A stretch of DNA of 64,000 nucleotides. It comes from Podarcis erhardii (Eukaryota). Made by a program: the position numbers and the translations under genes. Below the pieces are notes generated by a model. The model made no database searches. It was not told where the DNA came from and saw nothing but the letters and a program-made list of their open reading frames with translations. Positions 23,115 to 34,210 of the stretch are shown piece after piece (the stretch's first letter is position 1; each line of letters begins with the position of its first letter). The stretch lies in NCBI GenBank assembly GCA_964252035.1, contig OZ176202.1. One strand, written 5' to 3'.

Positions 23115-24951
23115 CCTGTAGATATCCTTTGTGACAAATCAAGATGGTGCTTCATGAACAGCCCACTGGGAGGAGCCCTGAAAATCTCTCTGGAGAATGA
23201 TCAGTATATCCCAATCTACCTTCTCCCTGTGGTGAGTTTGATACATATGGCATGCCCCTTAATTGTGAGTTAAGCAATTCTGAGTCTATTGAAGTCAATA
23301 AGAAGCTGCTTTGTTCATGTTCCCTCTAGAAACACCAGCAATGGAGAGGAAACAAAAACAGTATGCAGGCTTCCCAAAATGTCCTCCGCCCAGATGCAAG
23401 GACCAAACTCCAAACAATGTTCAGCTCTGGTTAGTTTGCCCTGGCATTGCTAGTTTGTTTGACAAACTGCTGCCATAGAGACTGTCGAGAAATGCTCCCC
23501 CTCTTGCTGGTTTCCTACCAGAAAGTCATCCTCAAGTAGTTTTTTGCCCCAGAAATGGTGATAGTGGTGAGGGGGGAGCTCATCTATCTTTACCCTTGTG
23601 GGGCAAAAAGTAGGTGCAATGATTATTTAGATGAATAATTTCTTGAGGGGAAAGGGTTAAGGAACCCTCTCCCTGCCACTTCCCCCCATTACTCTCATTC
23701 TATTTTAGTTTGCAGTCCCAAAGGCTGTATTTTGTAAAACAAAACAAAAAGTCAGAGAGGACAAACCATTCTCGACAGTTTGTCACGAGTGGCTTGGCCC
23801 TTGTTCCAACTGTCCTGCAAACTGAATTATGGATGTTTTCCTTAATAAAGGGGTGAAAGTGTCTGCAAAGTGGAGTTTCCAAGGCTCTGCGGAAGATCAG
23901 GCCTATATTAATTTAGATGCTTGCTCTCAGGAGAAAGAGCATTGGCTTTGTGTTGCAGTAATTTAAACCAAGCCTGTCTTGAGGATTTTCCTTTATCCTT
24001 ATCTGTAATAATAGATTTTTTTAAACACACACACACAGCGGCAGCAGCAGCCATGCTGGAAAACCTCTTTCTCAGAAACAAGCAGACGGGTCACAACATT
24101 TTTAAACAATGATAGCAATATTTATTATATCAAAGCCGCTTTATGTTTTATTTGGAACTCTGGCGCCTTTTTAAAAAGGTTTTCATAACATGACGGCAAT
24201 TATAGTCATCAAGATGTTCCAAGTCAGGGCCTGGATGCTGCTTCTCACTCTCTTCCTTTATAAAGAACATGCATTACATCACAGTGTAGTTTATTTTAAA
24301 AGGGACCTCAGGAATGTAATGATAGTCACTGCAGACAAGGGAAAATTAATAGAGAGAGAGAGAGAGCATCGCTGCTCCACAAATTCCAGTTATAAAACAC
24401 TCCCCTCCGCTTAGCTGAGGAGCTTCTTATTAGCAAAGAAAACACAATTTGTCTGATCCATTAAATAAACCTTGAGTTAAAATTATCTTCAGGGGTTTTT
24501 TTAAGGTGGTTTTTTTTTTTTAAAGAATGATCTTGAACTCGGTTCTGTGCATAGATAAACTGCCTTCTTTTTCAGCTACCAAACACTGTCAGATACCAAA
24601 TAGCATCCTGTCATGTATGCTAAGAAATGCATACAAAATAAATTCTAGGAGCCATGTTGGTCCATTAGAAAAAAAAGATATAGTGTAATTAATACCTTTA
24701 TAGGATCCGCTAGATTGTAACCAAGAATTCTCAATGCTGTTTCCCAGATTTCTTAAGGCTGGTTGCCTGATGTCCAGCTTTTTTCTCTCTTCCGTTCTAC
24801 TTTTCCCCCCTTACCTTCTAGCCTGAAAAAGAGTTTGGGGAATGCAAAAGCTTGCTCATTGCTCATAATATTTTAATTGCTCATAATATTTAAATAAAGG
24901 GAATGATGATATTGCTATTTTTTTAATTATTGGACCAAATCATCTCAAATA

Positions 24952-25193
24952 CAGTGGTACCTCGGGTTACATACGCTTCAGGTTACATATACTTCAGGTT
25001 ACACACTCCACTAACCCAGAAATACTGCTTCAAGTTAAGAACTTTGCTTCAGGATAAGAAAAGAAATCGGGCTCTGGCGGCGTGGCAGCAGCAGGAGGCC
25101 GCATTAGCTAAAGTGGTGCTTCAGGTTAAGAACAGTTTCAGGTTAAGAACAGACCTCCGGAACTAATTAAGTACTTAACCTGAGGTACCACTG
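24952..25193. mobile_element. Tigger-like MITE
   Basis: TA TSD; TIRs CAGTGGTACCTCGGGTTA / TAACCTGAGGTACCACTG. Confidence 0.92.
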
Positions 25194-25433
25194 TATCACA
25201 TACCACTCCATACTAAATACCATTGTATGCCAGATGCCAAATGTTTCTGCGTATCTGTTCTCAACTGCAGTGAAAGATTAAGTACCATTGCATGTTAGGT
25301 TCAAACTAGACATGGCATTTCTCATGGCTTTGCATGGCTGATCAAATATATAAAAACACAATAAAACATTACACATTTTTATATACTTCCCTATACAGGT
25401 TTGCCTTCAGACAGCTTGGGAGTTGGAAAACTC

Positions 25434-25561
25434 CATACCCTCCAACATTTATCCAATGAAAAGAGGGACATCCTAAGGAAAAGTGGAACATTCCAGGATC
25501 AAACCAGAAACGTCTCTAAATCAGAGATGTCCCTGGAAAATAGGGACACTTGGAGGGTCTG
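25434..25561. mobile_element. Minimal MITE of the 1136 family (opposite orientation)
   Basis: TIRs CATACCCTCCAA / TTGGAGGGTCTG; only one subterminal unit. Confidence 0.75.
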
Positions 25562-28306
25562 CTGTTAACATAGGACCAGCCCTACTGTTAGACAAACTGA
25601 GACACAGGCACCTGGTTGGCCACAGGATGCTGATCTAGATGGGCCATTGACCTGATGCTGTAGGCTGTTCTTACGTTATTATGAGGCAGTTGCCTCAGGA
25701 GTCATGAAAGTTTTTTAATTTTTTAATTCTGTTTCATCAAGCATTAAAGTATGCATTTGGTCATTTGTTTCAGATTTTATTATTTTATACCTTTCTGAGG
25801 TTTGTGGTTTTTATAATTTTATGGCGTCTTAATGCTTTTACTATATTTTGTTGTTAGCTGGTAGATTATAAATACTCTTGGAAAATGAAAATGAAATACA
25901 AGCAAGCAATACAATGAAATGAAATACAAGCAAGCAATGGGGGAAATATAAAGAGGGTTTTCTGACTCAGGTGTCAAAATAACTTGGCTGGCCTTCAGTC
26001 AAGGCCACCAGTCCCAAGTATTACTGCTAGAGTGGAAGGATTTCCGGCCTGTCCTTACCCCGTGTGGCCCCCTAAATCTGTTCTAGGTTTTGCCCAGTGT
26101 TCCAGAGCAGATTGGGGAAGTGCACAGGGGTGCACAGGGAGATGAAACTAGGGAAAAGTATTGTGCTAGCAATATTCCTTGAATTAATGTGAGGCGTTAG
26201 GAGAATCCCACCCCTTGACTTAAGCTATGAGTACCATTTGCAACTCTTCTCGGGCAGCAAAATGTTTTGCGCAAGCCCTCAACATAATGTAGGATGCATT
26301 AAGTTTGCCTCTATTTGGTATATCTTCAGTTCAAACCCCTAGAGGCTTTTAGATTAATAGCAGACAGGCTATTTCAGAATAATGAATGTGTCACATGGCT
26401 GATGGAGTAGTACTTTGGGCAATGTAATGTGATAGTGGCTACCTTGACAGGGAACCTTCTTTGGTTGATCAGTACATCTCTACTTTCAGGTTTAACCTGA
26501 TGAAAGGTATGGAGGTCCATACACTATATATAGGAGATCTTTTGGTCCACATAACTACCATTGTTGTTTTGACCCTAGATGCTGGAAAACAGAATAATTT
26601 AGCTCTCTACCAAGTAGACCAAGATTTTAACTCTGTCAGAAGCAGCTGGTTTGTTGCCTTTCAGATTTTGTTGGACTACAACTCCCATCATCCCTAACCA
26701 CTGGCCACGCTGGCTGGGGCTGATAGGAGTTAGCTGAAATCCAACAACATCTGCAAGACACTACATTGGCTACCACTGCTTCAATTTATTATGGAAGAAC
26801 TCTGGGTTTTTCCTTCCTAACAATTTTTTATTTTACAACCCGTTCCCTGTTCTGTTGTGAAATTCTAGCCACTCTTCTCAATAAAAGTATCCCAAAAAAA
26901 AGGTAAAATGCAGAGAAAGCAGAAAGTCAAAAAGTATTAATTTAGGCCACGATCCAGCAGGAAGTTCTTGCGCAGCTCTTGTTCACTTCAACGGGTTTTT
27001 GTGTAGGCGTGTTTTATTCTGGATTGTGGCCTTGTGGAATAAGGATTGTGCATAATTTATCATTAATAATTATTATTTTTTTTAAAAAAAAATCAAGTAC
27101 CTCAGTTGGATAGGCACTGTACAGCTGTGTAATTTACACTTTGGTGGTGATGTCTCCTTCATTCCCCCTGCAGCCAACAAGCCCATTTCTGTGTACTTAA
27201 TCAGACTACGCTTTAAATCACCCTGCACAGAATACTTTGTGGCAATATACAATGGCCAAAGCATATAAAATATGGTGAGATTTAAGAAGTAGCAGCTGAA
27301 CCAACAATATATTCTCCTGGAAAGGAGACATTAAATAAATTGTGGATGTTTTTTGATAGCCAATTAAAGTTCCTTTAAGAACCCTGTTGCTTTTGTCTAC
27401 ATACTTCAATCCAAGCTCTTGGAACAAGCATCCTCATCATAAATATTACCTAAATTACCAAAGATTTAGCAATGAAACATGTGTCTTGCTAGAAATATTA
27501 ACCAGGACATTCAGAAATAAGTCTAAGCCGTTTCTTGTAAGGAAGTAATATATTTAAAATGGCACTGAATATCTACAGCAATCTTAATTTCCATGGTATT
27601 CGTGTAAAATGTGCAGAAGACATTTATAGAAGTTTTCCATGTTTGATTCAAACCCAAGGAGGGTGGCTTTTTTCTTTCACCAAGAAATGAAAGATTCTCA
27701 CATAAAAAGCTTTTAATATTTCCCTTCTGGGTGCCAAATTATTGATGTTAAAGAATTTCATTCTTTTCCCCCCAAGAATAGTTACCAGCCATGTAACAAA
27801 TCCTAAGAACAGAACAACATTTCTGCCTACCCTGGTGGCTGCAGCGAGCATTTTTACATCATCTTTAGGCTATCATGGAACAACAACAAAAAGGTTATGA
27901 AGATGAAGATTGGTGATGATAGTGGTAATAGTGGGTTGGAGCCAGAGTTTGCCTTCTATGAACACAAGAGTTCCTTTTATCTGCATAAGGATAGGCAGAT
28001 GCTGTACTCAGCCTATCCAGATACTGCGTGTAAAATGGTGCAACTTGTTTTAATCTGGTTTTTCAGTTTATTGTTTGTTTTAATTGCTTTTTGAATAGTT
28101 GTCTTTAATCATAATTACAGATGATTACAGATGCCTTTTGTAAACTGCTTAGAGGTTTGTTCCTTTTTACAATCAATATATACAATCAATCAATCAATAT
28201 ATATATAATTTTTGTATGTTGTGAAATGTGGGTTACTTTTTACTTAGGAAGAACAGGATTCACCGAAGAGGAACAGTCTGTGCATGGCACACCAGAGACA
28301 TTAGAT

Positions 28307-28443
28307 CAGGGGTGGCCACAAGATGTCATCCAGATGTTGATGGACTCCAGCTCCCATTGGCCCCAGCCAGTGTGGCTGGTAGTCAGCAGGGATGGGATTT
28401 GGAGTCCAGCAACATCTGGGGGGCAACTCATTGGTTAGCCCTG
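28307..28443. mobile_element. Hairpin-type hAT MITE
   Basis: Ends CAGGGGTGGCCA / TGGTTAGCCCTG; flanks CATTAGAT / CCTAAGAT (6/8). Confidence 0.7.
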
Positions 28444-28495
28444 CCTAAGATATTTATCTGGTGTCCTTTACCACAGCATCTGAAAACCCTGCAGT

Positions 28496-28806
28496 CTGTG
28501 CCGGATTTACGTATAAGCTAAACAAGCTATAGCTTAGGGCTCCACTCTCTTGGGGGCCCCCAAAAAATTTAAAGGAAAAAAACCTGGATGTACATTTCCC
28601 AAATATGAGATAAAAAACAAATAAAATAAAACCTACATACAGCAACAGTGGCAAATGGCTTTCGATACCTCTTAGGTCCATAAATTATAGCATATATTCA
28701 ACAAAAAACCCACGACAATTTGTTGTTGACAAAGGACAGCTGGACATATAAAGGGCCCCAATACCTTCAGTTGCTTAGGGCCTCATCAAACCCAAATCCA
28801 GCCCTG
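28496..28806. mobile_element. Non-autonomous hAT transposon, 311 bp
   Basis: Imperfect TIRs CTGTGCCGGATTT / AAATCCAGCCCTG; perfect 8-bp TSD CCTGCAGT at 28488-28495 and 28807-28814. Confidence 0.88.
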
Positions 28807-28879
28807 CCTGCAGTCCTTAATGCATTTATAATCTGAATAAGCTACTGTCTGGAAGCGTGTGATTGAGTTTGTAACTGCG

Positions 28880-29085
28880 GAATAATGCATTTATTTCCCA
28901 CCTTTTCCCCCAGGGAGCTCAAGGTGGCGTACATGGTTCTCTTCCTCCTCATTTAATCCCCACAACAACCTTGTGAGGTAGGTTGTGCTGAGAGGCAGCG
29001 ACTGGCCCAAGATCACCCAGTGAGCTTTGCAGCCTAGTGGAGATTTGAACCCTGATCTCCCAGATCCTAATCAGACACTCTCTTA
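28880..29085 (-). mobile_element. Older Squam3/MIR-like SINE
   Basis: CACAACAACCTTGTGAGGTAGG...GACTGGCCCAAGATCACCCAG...TTTGAACCC motif chain; similar remnants at 7560-7660 and 8545-8640. Confidence 0.7.
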
Positions 29086-29102
29086 CAGCATCTTATGTCT
29101 CA

Positions 29103-29514
29103 TTGTACTTATGGCTCCCAGTATGTTTCCGAGCACAATTGAAAGTGTTGGTGCTGACCTTTAAAGCCCTAAACAGCCTTGGCTCGGTATACCTGAAGGA
29201 GCGTCTCCACCCTCATCATTCAGCTCCAAGGTCCAGCTCCAAGGACCTGTTGGCAGTTCCCTCACTGAGAGATGTGAGGTTACAGGGAACCAGGCAGAGG
29301 GCCTTCTCGGTGGTGGCACCCAGCCTGTGGAACACCCTCCTACCAGATGTCAAGGAAATAAACAACTACCTGACTTTTAGAAGACATCTGAAGGCAGCCC
29401 TGTTTAGCGAAGTTTTTAATGGTTGAAGTTTTATTCTGTTTAATATTATGTTGGGAGCTGTCCAGAGTGGCTGGGGAAACCCAGCCAGATGGGTGGGCTA
29501 TACGGTAAATAACA

Positions 29515-29556
<42 letters not shown>
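29103..29556 (+). mobile_element. L2 LINE 3' end with (TAT)14 tail
   Basis: ORF2 C-terminus WLPVCFRAQLKVLVLTFKALNSLG...RAFSVVAPSLWNTL...FRRHLKAALF; tail 29515-29556. Confidence 0.9.
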
Positions 29557-29557
<1 letters not shown>

Positions 29558-29699
29558 CACCACCTTAATATATTTTATATGAGTGAGTGGCTTATAAAAA
29601 TGTTAATTAATTAATAAGCCTTATGGTGTGATGATCATATCACTCCATTTTGGGGTCATCTTTGCTGGGGTCATCTTTGTTCATTTCTGGATGTAATTG

Positions 29700-29950
29700 A
29701 ATGTGCTGGTTCTTACTTGTAAAGCCCTAAGTTGTTCGAGACCAGGATGTTCAAAGGACTGTCTCCTCCCTTCAGATTCTGCCTACCCACTGCATTTAAC
29801 ATCAGAGGCCCTGCAAGTCCCACCACCTTCAGAAGCATGACTGGGCCTTTTTGACTGCACTGTGAAGCTCTCTCCCAAGAGAGATCCCGTGAGTGGCTAA
29901 ATCCTTTTGGTGTGAGTTGAAGTTCAATCTCCACTTTATCTGCAGAATTG
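29700..29950 (+). mobile_element. Very old L2 3' fragment
   Basis: GTGCTGGTTCTTACTTGTAAAGCCCTA start resembles L2 VLVLT.KAL; heavily diverged. Confidence 0.4.
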
Positions 29951-32639
29951 CTTTATCCCGCTCCTGATTTTACTGCACAAAACTGAATTTAGTAATCCGG
30001 ACTATTTTCTTGTAACTTGAACTATTTTTATTGAAATTTAAACTATTGTGTTGGGTTTTATTTTACTTTGTCAGCTGCTGGGAGTTCATATTTATTTATA
30101 GAAAATAAGATTACCCGCCCCACCCCCCAATATACTCTCTTAGTGTGTTTGTAATGGTGGTGATAGGTGATTTCAATTTATACTTTGGTGTATTATTTTC
30201 ATATTTTAAATAATATGGTGTATCATTTTCATATTTCAACATTACTTGGAACAGTATCTCCCCCCCCCCTTTTATTTTCAGCTGCTTGCTAATGAATCGG
30301 TGAGATGGCGAATTTAGGGAAATTTAGACAAATTGAATCCTCAGAGGAACTGAATGGCTGTGGGTTTCTTGCACAAATATGCCATTACCATTAGACTGAG
30401 GAAGTACTTGTGGAATCCACAACGTGCTAAAACAGTGGCCAGTATAAAACTGAAAGGGGAGGTAAAATGCAGTGTTTCCTAATGTGAAGCTAATAATCAT
30501 AATTCCCTATCAAGGAGTCAAGGATCTCTAGCATGTGTTTAGCATTAGTTTAGAGAAGGTCAGTGCTAACTTCTTCAGGAAGGGAGTTCCGGAGAGTGTA
30601 CAGTAAGTGCACATTTGTTTAAAGCGAGCAGTCTCGGTGCAGACATATCGCAGTCTTTGGGGATGCCCAAACAATTCTGCCTCAGTGGAGCTGAAACAAT
30701 GCCTTGTATTCACAAAGATTATAGGCACTTCAGTATTGGAAGAAGGGGGGAGCAGCCAAGGAGGGGAGACTTGAAGCACAGATAAATTGGTCTTCACCCT
30801 GTGCCATTCCTTAATTTACAGCGGTCTTTAACATTGGAGTCCAATTGCCCAGGCACTCATAAAAAGAGAAATGATGAATATTCAGGATGTCTTTTGAATC
30901 CATTAGGCAACTGAGGATGAAGTCTCCATATGTACAGCTTCAGTTGCTTTCCCATGCTGGCCGAGAGCGTGCCAAGATGGCGTCAGGAAGAGAAATGGTG
31001 CCTTGGGTTGTCAATGGGGGAAGAGTAAACATGAATCAAGCACAGGGAAATGAGCATTAAAGTACAGGGAGTCGGAACTTAAATGAGCATTGTGTAGCAT
31101 TGAATTGGTCTGGCTTTCAAAACTCTGTGCCAGAAGAGAGGGGAAGCTGTGGCCCCCCAGATGTTGTTGGATTCCAGTCCCCATCAGCCCCTGCCATTAC
31201 AGCCGATGGAAAGGATTGATGGGGATTTTGGTCCACAACAACATCTGGCGTAGTGCTGTGCTGAAAATTCTTTGATCTGTTGTTTTTTTACAACCATTTG
31301 TGGGGTGGTGATTCAGGGCAAAATCAAAGCCGCTCCCAAAAAATGTGCAAGGGAAAAATAATATATGCACTGGGGGGTTGTTGCTTATCAGAACTACAAG
31401 GGGTGGCTGAGAGTTTTGAGCTCTTTGAAAAACTTTTAAACAAAGGTCCTGAGCGGCTGCAGTGGCGTGTAACCCTCTCTGCCTCTTCAACCGCTCCCAC
31501 CTACTAGAATAGCTTTGCAGTGACATGGTAGAATGTGACACTGCTCGGTTCACACATGTATGTGCATCACTCGATTGCTGCAGCATGATATAAGGAGTTT
31601 CATGTGCGAATGTGAAGAGAGAACCCAGAACTTCAGTGGCCAAACTCCTGCTTTGCATTTAGAATCCACTGAATAAATATCTAGTAATCATCATCATCAT
31701 CATTTATTACATTACCTCCAGCCAAATGGATGCAGCAAAAAGAAGGGTTTACAAACACCAGCATCTAAGAATTTGGAGAGCCACTGCCAATCAGAGTGCC
31801 TTCCAGGTGTGGTTGTGCTCCAACTCCCATCATCCCCAACCATTGATCATGCTTTCTGGGGCTGATGGGAGTTGGAACTCAACAATATCTGGAGGGAAAC
31901 ACGCAGGAGTTGACAATACTAGACTACAACTGGATCAATGATCTACTTTGAATGCAGCTTCAGATGAGACATAACAGATCCAACATCACTTTTGTGTCAG
32001 GCTTTATCACCTCACACACCATACATTTCTGTGGCGTCAGCTCACACACTTAGCTGCCAATTATCAAGGCTTGGTTCAGGCATTCTAACCACATGGCATG
32101 TCCCCATGGATGCAGCTGTGTGGAGGAAATAATGTCTGACCCGGCCTGACCACATTGACACATGCCACTTCCTCACACAGCAGGTAAAAAATGGGGTGTC
32201 CCGCTCACATGAATCACTGCTTGTCAGCTTGGTCACACTGGGTCAGAAATTACTTTCCCCATACGGCTGCCTCTCAGTGCATTGTGCATTGAGAGTTTTA
32301 GAGCATCTAAACTAGTGTTGAGAAACTGTGGTGAGAAATCAAGAGACAACCATGCATGTGCGGACCAGCCTTACCTTGTGGCTATTTTTGAATTGCCATG
32401 GAATATATGTGAATGCTGATGATTTCATAATAATCCTAGGAACACTTTACTAGAACAAATCCATGGACCAATATGTATGTATGTATGAATGAATTCAGGT
32501 AAGATGGAGTGCTGGCATTTAGAGTTAAAATGCTCAGCATAAGTTGAATCCCTGTTGGAGAAGCATGTTTTAACCATGATATAATCACACCGAGACTATA
32601 AGATTAATAGTAGTATTAGTAGAAATTATAGTTATTGTT

Positions 32640-33200
32640 ATAATTTTATTATTTATATGCCACCCATCTGACTGGGTTGCCCCAACCACTCTGGGTGGCT
32701 CCCAACAAAATATTTAAAACACTATAAAACATGAAACATGAAAATCTTCTTTGTGCAGGGCTGCCTTCAGATGTCTTCTAAAAGTCATATAGTTATTTAT
32801 CTGCTTGACATCTGATCAGGGCAGGCACCACTACTGAGAATGCCCTCTGCCTGGTTCCATGTAACTTCACTTCTCGCAGTGGGGGAACCACCAGAAAGTC
32901 CTCAGAGCTGGACCTCTGTGTCTAGGCTGGATGCTGGACAGCTTCCATGGACAGCTGTGAATCCCAAATGACCCCAAGACTGCCCACCTGGTCCTTTAGG
33001 GGCACATTTATCCCATTCAGGACCAGGAGTCACCTACACCCACCCACACCCTGTCCCCCAGAAACAGTACTTCTGTCCTGTCAGGATTTAACCTCAGTCT
33101 ATTAACTGTCATACATCCTCCAACCGCCTCCAGACACTCACACAGGACATTCACCACCTTCACTGGTTCCAGTTTAAATGAGAGGGGAAATGAGAAAGTT
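32640..33200 (-). mobile_element. L2 LINE fragment (3' end plus ORF2 piece, internally deleted)
   Basis: Reverse of the 29103-type 3' end at 32640-32930; peptide VLCECLEAVGGCMTVNRLRLNPDRTEVL in ORF 33017-33262. Confidence 0.8.
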
Positions 33201-33436
33201 ATGTTTATTGCAGGAAATACATGCTTGATAGAAAAGATCCTAATTCTGTCTAACTCAGGCAAAGAAGTATTGAGCCATGCTTGCTCTTCTATCCCAGCAG
33301 GAGAGAGATAGAGATGTCTCCTCTCTCTCCAGATGGGGATGAAAAAGAAGGAAGTAGGAAGTCAGCACGACCTTAAGAGTTTCAGTGAGCACCTGAGGGT
33401 AGGTCAGCACAGATTAGGTCAGAAGAGACAGTCTAG

Positions 33437-34210
33437 GAATCATAGAATCATAGAGTTGGAAGAGACCACAAGGGCCATCGAGTCCAACCCCCTGCCAAGC
33501 AGGAAACACCAACAGAGCACTCCTGACATATGGTTGTCAAGCCTCTGCTTAAAGACCTCCAAAGAAGGAGACTCCACCACACTCCTTGGCAGCAAATTCC
33601 ACTGTCAAACAGCTCTGACTGTCAGGAAGTTCTTCCTAATGTTTAGGTGGAATCTTCTTTCTTGTAGTTTGGAGCCATTGCTCCATGTCCACTTCTCTGG
33701 AGCAGCAGAAAACAACCTTTCTCCCTCCTCTATGTGACATCCTTTTATATATTTGAACATGGCTATCATATCACCCCTTAACCTCCTCTTCTCCAGGCTA
33801 AACATGCCAGCTCCCTTAGCCGTTCCTCAAAGGCATCGTTTCCAGGTCTTTGACCATTTTGGTTGCCCTCCTCTGGACACGTTCCAGTTTGTCAGTGTCC
33901 TTCTTGAACTGTGGTGCCCAGAACTGGACACAGTACTCCAGGTGAGGTCTGACCAGAGCAGAATACAGCGGCACTATTACTTCCCTTGATCTAGATGCTA
34001 TACTCCTATTGATGCAGCCCAGAATTGCATTGGCTTTTTTAGCTGCCGCGTCACACTGTTGGCTCATGTCAAGTTTGTGGTCAACCAAGACTCCTAGATC
34101 CTTTTCACATGTACTGCTCTCAAGCCAGGTGTCACCCATCTTGTATTTGTGCCTCTCATTTTTTTTGCCCAAGTGCAATACTTTACATTTCTCCCTGTTA
34201 AAATTCATCT
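33437..34210 (-). mobile_element. CR1 LINE, 5'-truncated; ORF2 C-terminus split by one frameshift
   Basis: ORFs 33816-34208 (KCKVLHLG...[12 protein letters not shown]...[19 protein letters not shown]) and 33605-33805 (FSLEKRRLRGDMI...RKNFLTVRAV) are CR1 ORF2 hallmarks; CATAGAATCATAGA tail. Confidence 0.95.
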
